Positions 37,618 through 47,165 of a stretch of 64,000 nt of DNA are shown piece after piece. The stretch is from NCBI GenBank assembly GCA_043821445.1, contig JBDRCT010000034.1:2210-66209 (forward strand), given 5' to 3'. The translations under genes were made by a program, and so were the position numbers. The notes under the pieces are model-generated. The model did no database searches. It saw only the letters and a list, made by a program, of their open reading frames with translations, and had not been told where the DNA came from. This DNA comes from Candidatus Omnitrophota bacterium (GTDB lineage Bacteria > Omnitrophota > Omnitrophia > Omnitrophales > Aquincolibacteriaceae). Positions within the stretch are counted from its first letter, which is position 1, and each line of letters begins with the position of its first letter.

Positions 37618-38940
37618 TTAGCTGGTTTTTCCGGACGAATCAAGTGTTCGCCCTGCTATTTTTTCAAGGATCGCCATCTTCCCGGCCGCGTCCAGCTGAA
37701 GCACTTGCGGTCCCTGGATGGATCCCAGTACCTGGACTGCTTCCTGCCACTTCTTGTCACGGATCAATTCCAAAGCCGACCCGTAGATCGCCATAGAACT
37801 CTTTAAATAGGCCTCCGTGAACGTCTCGATCACTTCTTTCTTCTCAACCAGGTCCTGTTGCAAGGGTTGGAGATCAGCTGTCGTGGAAGGGCCCGGCGAC
37901 ATCAGGTCTATTAACGGCCGCTGCAGATCCGAATCGATTGTTCCGAAGGAAGTCGGATAAGGCGGCGGCACTTCCCGAGGCATCGTATTCTTGCGCAACT
38001 GATCGACCTCTGGGATCATTTGACCGATCGTGGTCAATGCTTCTTCCCATTTCTTTTGAGCGATCAACCCGGTAAGCTTCTGATATTCCACACTCAAAGC
38101 TTGCTCTCTGAACTTTTTGCCTCTGTCCAGAAGGCTCTGGTTCATGGCGCTCACTTTAGAAAGGGTATCGTTGATAAAAGGCCGAAGCATTGTAAGCGCG
38201 ACAGCGCGATGCTTCTTCAGATCCGTGGAATAGAGAGGGAATGCCAAGGATTCTACCCAAAGATTCCGGGCCGCCAGCACATCTCCTTTTGCAAATGCGT
38301 CCACGGCCGCAAGGTATCGGGTCTTAAATAACTCCTCGAGCTTTTTCTGATAGCTTCTCGCAAAAGGCATTTTATAGAAAGCTTCTTGTTCCGCGATCAT
38401 TTTTTGGTATTGCTCAAGCGTCCACGCCGCCGAAGGCAATTTTTCGATCCACCCCGTCTGGAATGGAACGGACCGGCCAAGGATCTCCTGTTCACCCGGA
38501 TCCGGTGCCCGGTCCATCGGGATTGCTACTTCATGAGAGAGCATCGTTTTTTCCTGCGATGAAAGCAACGCCACCGGATCAGCCAACGGTTTCTCGGATC
38601 GCTTACTATTGCTTGGAGGCTTGATCGAAAATGTTTTCCAACTTCGCGGAAAAGACGAAGTGAATATCTTGTAAGCCTTATAAGCTAACAATCCGACTGC
38701 GGAAAGAATGGCGATAACGAGCAGCGTGCGAAAGAGATGTTTTAAATTTCCAGAAGAGACCTTATGGCCTGACATGGACGCAACAGCTTGGGGGGAACGG
38801 GGAGCATCTTTTTTGGGGAAAAGCGACTCATCTTCCCGTTTAACGGACGAACTCCAAAAGCAGCCGGGACATTCCTTGGTTTCGGGGGTCTCCAGTTCAA
38901 ATTTTTTTCCGCAGTGATTGCAAACAAAGCGATAAGACAT
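37618..38940 (-). CDS. Zinc-ribbon-anchored membrane protein of unknown function
   Basis: 440 aa; N-terminal C..C...C..C zinc ribbon (CNHCGKKF...CPGCFW); one transmembrane helix (LLVIAILSAVGLLAY); long alpha-helical extracytoplasmic region. Confidence 0.5.
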   Translation of the reverse strand: MSYRFVCNHCGKKFELETPETKECPGCFWSSSVKREDESLFPKKDAPRSPQAVASMSGHKVSSGNLKHLFRTLLVIAILSAVGLLAYKAYKIFTSSFPRSWKTFSIKPPSNSKRSEKPLADPVALLSSQEKTMLSHEVAIPMDRAPDPGEQEILGRSVPFQTGWIEKLPSAAWTLEQYQKMIAEQEAFYKMPFARSYQKKLEELFKTRYLAAVDAFAKGDVLAARNLWVESLAFPLYSTDLKKHRAVALTMLRPFINDTLSKVSAMNQSLLDRGKKFREQALSVEYQKLTGLIAQKKWEEALTTIGQMIPEVDQLRKNTMPREVPPPYPTSFGTIDSDLQRPLIDLMSPGPSTTADLQPLQQDLVEKKEVIETFTEAYLKSSMAIYGSALELIRDKKWQEAVQVLGSIQGPQVLQLDAAGKMAILEKIAGRTLDSSGKTS

Positions 38941-38983
38941 AGTGTGTCATTATGACTTTTTTTGCAGAAAATTCCAGCGAATC

Positions 38984-39247
38984 TTAAACGGAAGCAGAGA
39001 TCGCGCGATGAGTAAGGATGAGCTCTTCCAGACGACCCAAAATCACATCACGACGGGAAGAAAGTTTTGCCTCCACCGGGTCGAAAACGATCTTCAACTC
39101 CACGGGAGGACCCAAACGCACCGGGTCGGGAGACCCTTGAAAAGGAGAACTAAGAGGAGCAAAAACAGCACCCAGGGAAGTAAAACTCCCGCAAAAGACC
39201 GCCCCCGCAAACACCCACCGATAAAGAACCGACCGGAAAGTTGCCAT
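38984..39247 (-). CDS. Small hypothetical protein with hydrophobic N-terminus
   Basis: 87 aa; same strand as the operon, 44 nt upstream of the zinc-ribbon gene; preferred over an overlapping plus-strand ORF because of strand context. Confidence 0.3.
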   Translation of the reverse strand: MATFRSVLYRWVFAGAVFCGSFTSLGAVFAPLSSPFQGSPDPVRLGPPVELKIVFDPVEAKLSSRRDVILGRLEELILTHRAISASV

Positions 39248-39482
39248 GGCTTTTCACCCTCGTCCAAGTCTTCATGATTTTTATGGATGGCGACTTGGAC
39301 AGCTTTGATTTTCAATTGATTTTAAAAATCGATAATCAAGCGATATTAAAAGCACAGCACAATTCCAAGATTATTGTATACCTAATATCGATGGAAAACC
39401 AAAAAACTTAAGATGTCAGAAATAGTGTTCGAAACATGGCTTATTGAAAAACAGCCCGGGGTCGGCTCATTAAGTTGTGGAC

Positions 39483-39518
39483 AAAAAAAGGCGCGGGACG
39501 GCAGAACCGGCCCACGCC
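39483..39518 (-). terminator. Rho-independent terminator downstream of the wHTH gene
   Basis: Minus strand: GGCGTGGGCCGG-ttctg-CCGTCCCGCGCC (one G-U pair, one mismatch), followed by TTTTTTT. Confidence 0.55.
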
Positions 39519-39549
39519 TTGGAAAGCGTTCGTATTGCTATTCAGGAGC

Positions 39550-39768
39550 CTAGCCTTTCAAGAGAGATACCTTGACGATCCGGCCGATCTTCCCAAAGTT
39601 AATGTTATTTTCACGAGCAAGCCATCCGATAGCCTGGTTGAAAAGGGCTTCATCTGTTCCAACCTCTTTGAGGAGCTTCGTCAGAGTCATCTCCCCCTTA
39701 TGCTCCAACGTCTTATAGATCTTTCCCGCTGTTTCGCCGATTCCGTAATATTGTTCCTGCATGTTCAT
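39550..39768 (-). CDS. Small winged-helix (wHTH) protein, paralog of 17977-18180
   Basis: 72 aa; IGETAGKIYKTLEHKGEMTLTKLLKEVGTDEALFNQAIGWLARENNINF. Confidence 0.5.
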   Translation of the reverse strand: MNMQEQYYGIGETAGKIYKTLEHKGEMTLTKLLKEVGTDEALFNQAIGWLARENNINFGKIGRIVKVSLLKG

Positions 39769-39886
39769 CCCCTTTTTGATTTAAAATGATGTAAATAGGA
39801 AATCCTAGCACTGCGTTCTATTGATTTTAAGAGTTTGCAGTACTAGCACCGCCCAAACTTTATATTCTTTTCCGAAATGGTAGTTT

Positions 39887-39933
39887 GGACGGCCCCAATT
39901 TCAGCTTCGCTGAAATTGATTGGCATTGGGACC
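39887..39933. repeat. REP-like 47-bp palindromic element, family 2 copy 3 (opposite orientation)
   Basis: ggacggccccaatttcagcttcgctgaaattgattggcattgggacc. It matches the reverse complement of copies 1 and 2, with an A>G / T>C change that preserves the stem. Confidence 0.65.
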
Positions 39934-39964
39934 GTTAATCCATGAAAGCGAATAGAAAACGGTG

Positions 39965-41542
39965 CTAGAAAACCTCGTGGTCCACATCCGGAAAAATATT
40001 GTCCTTCCCTTCCAGTTCCTTGAGCCAGCCCTCATCTAAACGGTTATTCATGAGTTCCTCATAAATCCTCGTGAAATTGAGGAGATGCTCCTTTGTACGT
40101 TTCACGGCATACGGAACCACCGTGCCCGTATGCAGGATAAAAGCCCAGTCACTTGATTGCGCGAGAAAGAGCTCACGTGCAGCCTGTTTGAGCGCCCGGC
40201 CGGCAACTCCGTTCTGCCCCCTGAATTTCTGGGCCATCTCGCTCATGCGCAGTGACGCCTTGTGAAGATGGCGATAGATCCAGTCGTTGGCTCCGGAAAG
40301 CCAAGTCTCGCTGTACCCCTTCCAACCCCAGCTTGAAAAGCACGGCGTGGAAACCTGATTCACAGGATACTCTTTGAAATAATCTGAGGGCGCGATCAAA
40401 CGGAACGTCTTCTGATCAAAGGCGGTCTTACGCACAAAAAAGTTCAGGAACTCCGGGCCTTCATACCACCAATGTCCGTAGAGCTCCGCGTCATAAGGAG
40501 CTACAATGAGGGGCTTCCGGCCCATAAAATCATAAAGATATTCTGCTTGTTTCTCGCGATTAAACATAAAATTTGAGGCATGATTTGCGGCCTTTTGTAT
40601 GGCCCAACCGCGAACGTACGGCTGTTTTTCCTCCGTACTGCCCGTAATGCGGTGATATTTGATGCCGGTGTTAACACGCAGACCGTCGGGAGAAATATAG
40701 GGACGAATATAATCGAAATCCAGTTCAAAACCGATATCGCGATAAAATTCGCGGTAATCCGGATCACCCGGATATCCTTCAATGGCCGACCAGACCTGCT
40801 TGGAAGATTCCACGTCACGGCCGAACGCAGCCACCCCGCTCGGGCAAAAGATCGGTGCGAAAACTCCGTATTTCGGGCGCGGTGAGGCGTGAAGAATGCC
40901 ATGCGTATCGGTCAAAAAGTAGCGGATGCCTTGCTCTTTTAAGTATTTATCCACTCCCGGGTAATAGCCGCATTCGGGAAGCCAAATGCCGATCGGACGA
41001 CGACCGAGCACTTTTTCATAAAGCTCCGTCGCGGTCTTGATCTGACCGCGGACGGTCCCTTCGTTACGGTTGATCAAAGGAAGAAATCCATGGGTGGCTG
41101 CGCAGGTAAGGATTTCAAGATGCCCGTGATCCTGGAATTTCCGGAAAGCCTGCGTAAGGTCCTTGTGATAACGGTTCAAAAACGTGTCCTTCGCGCGCGT
41201 GAATTCCCAGTAATAATGAAGTGCTGTTTCGTGGAACTCGGACTGGAAACGCGTACGATCGATCTCTTTATTGGCCAGCTCGATCATCTTGTCCAAATGC
41301 CGTAGATAGCGATCCTGTAAAAGCTCATCCTGCAACATGGACATCAGCGAAGGCGTCAGGGACATCGTAAGCCGCCAAGGAACATGGTCCCGCTCCAAAC
41401 CTTCGAACATATGGATGAGAGGAATGTAGGTCTCAGTGATGGCTTCGTAAAGCCAGGCTTCTTCTAAGAAATATTCGTGTTCAGGATGGCGGATGAACGG
41501 CAGATGCGCGTGAAGCACTATGGAAAGAAAACCTTTTTCCAT
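39965..41542 (-). CDS. Glycoside hydrolase family 57 protein, probable 1,4-alpha-glucan branching enzyme
   Basis: 525 aa; GH57 N-terminus (FLSIVLHAHLPFIRHPEHEYFLEEAWLYEAITETYIPL) and catalytic region (IGIWLPECGY); clustered with glgC. Confidence 0.85.
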   Translation of the reverse strand: MEKGFLSIVLHAHLPFIRHPEHEYFLEEAWLYEAITETYIPLIHMFEGLERDHVPWRLTMSLTPSLMSMLQDELLQDRYLRHLDKMIELANKEIDRTRFQSEFHETALHYYWEFTRAKDTFLNRYHKDLTQAFRKFQDHGHLEILTCAATHGFLPLINRNEGTVRGQIKTATELYEKVLGRRPIGIWLPECGYYPGVDKYLKEQGIRYFLTDTHGILHASPRPKYGVFAPIFCPSGVAAFGRDVESSKQVWSAIEGYPGDPDYREFYRDIGFELDFDYIRPYISPDGLRVNTGIKYHRITGSTEEKQPYVRGWAIQKAANHASNFMFNREKQAEYLYDFMGRKPLIVAPYDAELYGHWWYEGPEFLNFFVRKTAFDQKTFRLIAPSDYFKEYPVNQVSTPCFSSWGWKGYSETWLSGANDWIYRHLHKASLRMSEMAQKFRGQNGVAGRALKQAARELFLAQSSDWAFILHTGTVVPYAVKRTKEHLLNFTRIYEELMNNRLDEGWLKELEGKDNIFPDVDHEVF

Positions 41543-41544
41543 AG

Positions 41545-42585
41545 TTACGGGTGCTTTCCTGCCTTAATGACAGGCGCGGGCCTTTCTGTGTTGCGGCTCA
41601 CGATCGGGGTAATGACCCTTTCTTCAACGCCGTCCGCGGATTTGGCGTGGCAATCAAAGATGAATTTTCCGTCCGGAAGCCCGTAGCGGAGCGTGAAGGT
41701 GCCGTCCGGCCGTAGCTGAACGGGTCTTCCCTGCATGGTGACCTTGGCATTCGGCTCCGTGCCACCATAAATGATGAGCTCACATTCAAGCCAGAAATGA
41801 AAACCACGTTGTTTGATCCTGACCGGACTGGAAAGGCTGGAAACAGCGCCAGCCCCGGAGCCTGACGTGATCGCGCTCCTGAGGCGTTCTTCCATGAGTC
41901 TGCGGAGTTCGGCAGAACTTTTGCCGACCTGGAACCCCCCCGAAAGGGCGTACATCTTGTCAAAATCGATCGACATCCACTGATCATCAATGATCTCGGA
42001 CATCCCGGACCTTGGCGTAGTCACATGATTGGAGCGGGCAAGGCAGATGAATCGACCGTCACGGTGCAGGAGTCCGATCTCGACGAAATAGCTGCGGTTC
42101 GGCTGGGTGTTGATATACCAACATCTCGCCATATCCTGGAGCACAATATCAGAAAAGGAAGGTGTCTTGCCTTTTTCTGTAACGTCATAGACACGGAGCA
42201 CAGAGACGACATTCTCCAAACTCCCGCCGAGGTTCGCAAGATGATGCCGCTGGTGACCCTCCTGGATCTCCCAGTAGGCATAGATCCAGTACGGATCCCG
42301 AACAAGAAGATAGATCTGATTGTCGCCATAGTTGTCCGGAAGTTCGCCCGGCATCTCCCGATAAGTCCGCGCCTCGACTTCCGGAGGCATGACCCAAGCC
42401 TCAGAATCAGACGCCAGAGGCTGTTTTGGGGAAGGGACCGAAGCAGATCGTTTGATGACGGGGACCCGCTTAAGAGTTGATGCGACCGGCTTGGCCGCAG
42501 TTTTTTTTATGGAGGCGTTGCCGTGCACCTTTTTAGGAGGCTCTTCACTGACTATCCTGGTTTTCTTGCGAGGCGACAAGGCCAT
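41545..42585 (-). CDS. DUF4912-like hypothetical protein (commonly adjacent to GH57 genes)
   Basis: 346 aa; basic, low-complexity N-terminus, then a conserved region (YLLVRDPYWIYAYWEI); the family assignment is by recall only. Confidence 0.45.
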   Translation of the reverse strand: MALSPRKKTRIVSEEPPKKVHGNASIKKTAAKPVASTLKRVPVIKRSASVPSPKQPLASDSEAWVMPPEVEARTYREMPGELPDNYGDNQIYLLVRDPYWIYAYWEIQEGHQRHHLANLGGSLENVVSVLRVYDVTEKGKTPSFSDIVLQDMARCWYINTQPNRSYFVEIGLLHRDGRFICLARSNHVTTPRSGMSEIIDDQWMSIDFDKMYALSGGFQVGKSSAELRRLMEERLRSAITSGSGAGAVSSLSSPVRIKQRGFHFWLECELIIYGGTEPNAKVTMQGRPVQLRPDGTFTLRYGLPDGKFIFDCHAKSADGVEERVITPIVSRNTERPAPVIKAGKHP

Positions 42586-42870
42586 CAGTCCGGTCTCTTT
42601 TTAGGATCATTTTCACGCAGTGAAAACAGCACTCTTACTTTCATGCGCTAGCTCAAGAATAAAACGGTTATAAGCAAATAGGGATAATAATAGCGTCAAA
42701 ACCCTGTCAAGTATTTACCACGACCGGATGGAATGTGTTGTAGATGATATCAAAAGAGCGGAAGTATGGCAATAGATGATTTTTTTGTGATTTTTCCAAT
42801 CCCTTCCCGGAAAATCTCCCCCCCTCCCCCTCCCTTGGGAATGCCAAACAACCCCCAAGAGCCAGGAACA

Positions 42871-43497
42871 TCAAGAAAAATTGAGCTTTTCAAAAAAGAT
42901 CAGGTAAAGAGCAACTAATACAAGCACCCCGGAAGAAATTCGGGACAGAAACGAGTGATTCTCCTCACTCCATCGTTTTAACTTCTTTAAAAAAATGAAC
43001 GCTAGCAGGACGAACCAAAACATAGCGCCGATCAGAAAGCCTCCAAGAAAAAGCTCCTTGAACCACAGCGCACGCGCCTCGGGAAAATGGGTCCTGAGAA
43101 AACCGATAATTCCAACCCACATCAGGAGAACCACGGGATTTGTGATGACTACTAAAAATCCCACGAGGAAATTCTTTGTTGGATTCCTTTTACTGACCTC
43201 CTCGCTCTGCTCGCGAGATTTGCCATGAGCCCAAAAACCACGCGCCGCCAATGACAAGATCACTCCGATCCCGACCCACCGGATAATCCCCCAATATTCC
43301 GGATGGTCCAAAAGAGGCTGCGTACCCGTAAAACCGATCGAAAGAAACATCATATCCGCCAGGATCGCCCCGCAACCTACCAAAAAGGCTGCGGTACGTC
43401 CCCGCTTGAGCCCGCGCTGGATCGCGATCAGATCGATCTGCCAGCCAAAACAGGAAGCCAGAAAACCGGCCAGGATCCCGAGGAACATTAAGTACAC
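42871..43497 (-). CDS. LysE/RhtB-family amino-acid exporter
   Basis: 208 aa; six transmembrane helices; overlaps the pssA 3' end by 10 nt. Confidence 0.75.
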   Translation of the reverse strand: MYLMFLGILAGFLASCFGWQIDLIAIQRGLKRGRTAAFLVGCGAILADMMFLSIGFTGTQPLLDHPEYWGIIRWVGIGVILSLAARGFWAHGKSREQSEEVSKRNPTKNFLVGFLVVITNPVVLLMWVGIIGFLRTHFPEARALWFKELFLGGFLIGAMFWFVLLAFIFLKKLKRWSEENHSFLSRISSGVLVLVALYLIFFEKLNFS

Positions 43498-44228
43498 CCT
43501 CCCGCGTCCGGAGTATCCCCGTCTGAAGCTTTACGAAATGATACGCAGTAGAACGGGGAAAGTACAATGAATGTCAAAAAGATCGCGGCGATTGCACTTT
43601 CAATATTGAGATAGAAAAATACCGCGAAAAACACAGCCACCTGCACGACGAACAAAGTCCGCCAGGAACGGAACTTGATGGCCGAAACCTTCGGGTAAGG
43701 AATATCACTTGCCATGAGAAAGCCAAGCGCTGTCATCAGAAATACTTCGCTGATCAGGGAGAGAGATCGATCGGCCCACAGGTTCTTGTGAAAAGCCAGT
43801 ATGGTCATCATAAGCGTCAGGCCCGCAGCCGGCGTCGGAAGTCCTTCGAAATGCCCTCCGTGGACCGGATTTACGTTAAACCGTGCTAGACGAAAAATGC
43901 CGGCACAGAGATAGAACACGATGACCAAAAGAAGCGCCATGGGCGAATTCTGAAAAAAAGCCTTGTAGACGAGCATGCAAGGAGCTACCACGAAAGAAAC
44001 CGCGTCGGCCAGCGAATCCAGTTCGCGGCCAAATTCCGTTTCATTTCCGAAGATCCGGGCCACATGACCGTCCAAGGAATCGAGGATAAGGGCGAGAAAA
44101 ACAAGCCAGACGGCAAATTCATATCTTTCCTGAACGCTCATCAAGATCGAAAAAAAACCCGAAACGAGATTGAGCATCGTGATCATGTTGGGAAAGGCGG
44201 CACTCGTAAAATAAAAACGTTTCTTCAT
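43488..44228 (-). CDS. pssA: CDP-alcohol phosphatidyltransferase, probable phosphatidylserine synthase
   Basis: Motif D-x2-DG-x2-AR-x8-G-x3-D-x3-D (DSLDGHVARIFGNETEFGRELDSLADAV); membrane protein; directly downstream of psd. Confidence 0.75.
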   Translation of the reverse strand: MKKRFYFTSAAFPNMITMLNLVSGFFSILMSVQERYEFAVWLVFLALILDSLDGHVARIFGNETEFGRELDSLADAVSFVVAPCMLVYKAFFQNSPMALLLVIVFYLCAGIFRLARFNVNPVHGGHFEGLPTPAAGLTLMMTILAFHKNLWADRSLSLISEVFLMTALGFLMASDIPYPKVSAIKFRSWRTLFVVQVAVFFAVFFYLNIESAIAAIFLTFIVLSPFYCVSFRKASDGDTPDAGGCT

Positions 44229-44231
44229 CTC

Positions 44232-44879
44232 TTAGCCCTCCTCAATCCACGCTCCAAGGAGCGTCCTTCCGCCGGTGACATGCTGTCCGACCCGGATATC
44301 CGCCCGGAACATCCGTTGTGGGACATAGATCTCGACCCCGGACCCATAGCAAATCACGCCAAGCTTTTCCCCGCGCCCCATGACCTGTCCGATGGTTACG
44401 TCAGAGTAGATGCGCCGCGCGATCGCACCGGCCAGTTGACGCACCAGGACCCGCCGTGCGCGGTTCTCGATACAGATCCAGTTGGATTCGTTATGGTCGA
44501 AAGCATCCTTGCGCAACGCGTTTAAAAACTTCCCCTTTACGTAATTCTGATATTTAACGATGCCCGCCAAAGGCGCGCGTGTGGTATGCACGTCAAAGAT
44601 CGAAAGAAAGATACGGATACGCACCGCCTGCTCATGGAGAAATTTATCTTCAAATATCTCGTCAATTTTGACCACCGTCCCGTCCGCAGGCGCAAGAGGC
44701 CCCTGTTCTCTCGGAGACTCCCGTTGGGGATCCCTGAAAAAAAGAAGCTGTGCCACAAGAAGAAACACAAGCACGGAAGCCGCGTACGGAATGGGCCAAA
44801 ACCTTTCCACAATGAGGAGGACGCCTAAAAACATGACGCCGGGCCACACCCGCCTGTCGAGAGGAATCCTATGCGTCAT
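44232..44879 (-). CDS. psd: Phosphatidylserine decarboxylase-family protein (short, archaeal-like form)
   Basis: Start at MTHRIPLDRRVW (ATG 44879, ATGA overlap with the upstream radical-SAM gene); N-terminal transmembrane helix; conserved YGSGVE region near the C-terminus. Confidence 0.65.
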   Translation of the reverse strand: MTHRIPLDRRVWPGVMFLGVLLIVERFWPIPYAASVLVFLLVAQLLFFRDPQRESPREQGPLAPADGTVVKIDEIFEDKFLHEQAVRIRIFLSIFDVHTTRAPLAGIVKYQNYVKGKFLNALRKDAFDHNESNWICIENRARRVLVRQLAGAIARRIYSDVTIGQVMGRGEKLGVICYGSGVEIYVPQRMFRADIRVGQHVTGGRTLLGAWIEEG

Positions 44880-46492
44880 AATGCGGCCACCGGAACTCCC
44901 TCCGCTTTTGCAAGTCGGGAACCTGCGTCCATGGATCCATCCGCATCTTCGAAAGGCGGTTTCTTGGGATCCTGGCCTTCCGGGATCCCCTGAGTTTCGG
45001 TCACATATTTGCGAAAGGCCCGGTGTGTCGCGATCCAACGGAAAAATTCCAGCCACTTGCTCACGGAAAAAGGTCCCCCCTTGGCGACACGCCAGAAGGT
45101 TCCGGAAAAAAATCTCATGCGCTCCAGATCCCATGTGAAGAGATAGTAAACTAAAAGTTTGAACAAAAGATAAGTAAATTTAAAGTCCAGAGACGCCCGC
45201 TTGTGCTCCGGATTGAGATTCCTGAAACGGCTCAAGGCCGTTACCAACCGGTCCCCGTAACTGTCATAGCGATAAAGACATCGGCTCAGCCAGTTGTAAC
45301 CCTGGTGGAGCTCTTCAAGGGTCATGTTCTTCGGAACGAAGTTGCAATCGGAGGAGCCATGCCCATTCATCTCAGTCCACTCCAGATCCAAGAGGCGACC
45401 TTCTGCTTCCAGCCGCCTGATCAGGGGCGTGTTGGGGAGCGCCATAAGCGTCCCGCAGGTCGTGAACGGGATCCCAAGCTCCTGCAGGAAGTCATAATGT
45501 TCTTTGAATATTTTTTTATCATCCGCATCGAACCCTACGATCATCCCGGCCACCACAGTTATGTGATAGGAATGGATGCGTTTGATATCCTCCAGGACAT
45601 TCTCACGCGTGTTCTGCACCTTGCCCGACTCCACAAGGCTCTCGCGGCGCGGCGTTTCGATCCCGACGAAGACCGAATAAAAATTCGCGGCCTGAAGCAG
45701 TTCCAGAAGATCGGGATGGTGAGCCACATTGATCGTCAACTCGCAGGAGAATTCTATGGGGTAACCGTTCTCTTTTGAATAATCCGCCAGCGCCGTAAGA
45801 AGCTCCCTGGCGAAAGGGATATTGCCGATGAAATTCGCGTCACCAAAAACAATATAGTGCGCGCCCTGTTTCACACAATGATCCACTTCCGCAAGCACTT
45901 GCGGAATGGTCTTCGTGCGCGGCACACGTCCGTCCATCACGATAATGTCGCAGAATTCACAATTAAAAGGACAGCCCCGGCTTGTTTGGAGCGAGAACAT
46001 ATTGTACCGGTCCCCACGGATAAGGTTATAGCGCGGAGCCGGACTTTTACGGATGTCCGCCTTGGCAACGGCCTTGTAAAGTTCCCGGGTTGTCCCATGC
46101 TCAAAATCACGGAGGAATTCGGGCCAGATCTCCTCAGCCTCTCCCACAATGCGGTAGTCGCACTTCCCCTCGAACGCCTCAGGGAAAAGACTGTTGTAAG
46201 GCCCGCCGACGGCGATCTTTTTCCCGCGTTTCTTGAACTCCTCAATGATCTCAAGCGACCGGTGATACTGGACATTAAAAGCGCTGATTGCGATCAAGTC
46301 TGCGGAATTTTCAAAATTAATGTCCTCGACATTTTCGTCGGCGATTTCGACTTCCCAGGGCTCAGGCGTAAGGGCAGCAACGGTGGCAAGACCGAGAGGC
46401 GTGGTAGAAAAACGGGTCCCGGTGAGCGGCTGGAGCCCCTCAAAAGACCATATGGTCGGTTGGAAACGAGGATTGATCAGATAGACTTTCAC
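44876..46492 (-). CDS. Cobalamin-binding (class B) radical SAM protein with DUF4070-like C-terminus
   Basis: 538 aa; N-terminal B12-binding Rossmann-like region (LIAISAF...IAVGGPY); radical-SAM cluster motif CPFNCEFC; long C-terminal extension. Confidence 0.85.
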   Translation of the reverse strand: MKVYLINPRFQPTIWSFEGLQPLTGTRFSTTPLGLATVAALTPEPWEVEIADENVEDINFENSADLIAISAFNVQYHRSLEIIEEFKKRGKKIAVGGPYNSLFPEAFEGKCDYRIVGEAEEIWPEFLRDFEHGTTRELYKAVAKADIRKSPAPRYNLIRGDRYNMFSLQTSRGCPFNCEFCDIIVMDGRVPRTKTIPQVLAEVDHCVKQGAHYIVFGDANFIGNIPFARELLTALADYSKENGYPIEFSCELTINVAHHPDLLELLQAANFYSVFVGIETPRRESLVESGKVQNTRENVLEDIKRIHSYHITVVAGMIVGFDADDKKIFKEHYDFLQELGIPFTTCGTLMALPNTPLIRRLEAEGRLLDLEWTEMNGHGSSDCNFVPKNMTLEELHQGYNWLSRCLYRYDSYGDRLVTALSRFRNLNPEHKRASLDFKFTYLLFKLLVYYLFTWDLERMRFFSGTFWRVAKGGPFSVSKWLEFFRWIATHRAFRKYVTETQGIPEGQDPKKPPFEDADGSMDAGSRLAKAEGVPVAAL

Positions 46493-46540
46493 GATCGGCT
46501 TGTGCTTTCTCTCATGGGAATTGTCGCCATGAACATATTT

Positions 46541-47140
46541 TTAATGCTTGCGTAAAAAAATCCCGGAAATGAGTATGGAAAGCATGAATCGGGCAAACAA
46601 GACCGCCTCCTCGATCGTCGCGAGAAAAACACGGATATAGTTGATCCTCAGCACATCTCCTCGTCGGCAGGAGACTTTGACATTTTCCCAAAATCTCTGG
46701 AGGGGTTCACGCGTGGAAGTCAGACGGAGCGAAAAAAGGTTCAGCTTGTCCACCCATATCTGGAACCGCGAAGGGATCCGGAACCGGTAAATATTCTTTT
46801 TCTCAAGCGCTGCAGCGGCTTTCTGATAAAGATGCAAAAGCTCAGAGGTCCGGAGGTCCCGCCATTCTTTCGCGCATTGGGTCAAGCGAATGATCTCGGA
46901 GACCACTTTCTCTTCAAGCGGACTACGACGGCGGGTCGCAAGCCAGACTTCTTCAAGCTCGAGCGTCAGCTTGTACCAACCTTTTATGGAGTGCAAAACG
47001 TCAGAGAATCTCCGCTTGAAATAGACCCAACGCTTCTCGATCGGATAGCCTGTCCGGCGTTCCAAACGTCCCTTCAAGCGAAAAAACCCACTGATCATGG
47101 GATGACCCCCTTCGACATCGATGGAATTCTTGTACCACAT
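46541..47140 (-). CDS. Hypothetical protein between the two radical-SAM genes
   Basis: 199 aa; basic/aromatic-rich; hydrophobic C-terminus (VFLATIEEAVLFARFMLSILISGIFL); no known motif. Confidence 0.4.
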   Translation of the reverse strand: MWYKNSIDVEGGHPMISGFFRLKGRLERRTGYPIEKRWVYFKRRFSDVLHSIKGWYKLTLELEEVWLATRRRSPLEEKVVSEIIRLTQCAKEWRDLRTSELLHLYQKAAAALEKKNIYRFRIPSRFQIWVDKLNLFSLRLTSTREPLQRFWENVKVSCRRGDVLRINYIRVFLATIEEAVLFARFMLSILISGIFLRKH

Positions 47141-47165
47141 GAAATTCGAGAAGATCCCCCAATAG

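Noticed and set aside
38942-39277. 111-aa basic plus-strand ORF
   Set aside because: It conflicts with the minus-strand operon context; the overlapping minus-strand ORF was kept instead, though itself at low confidence.
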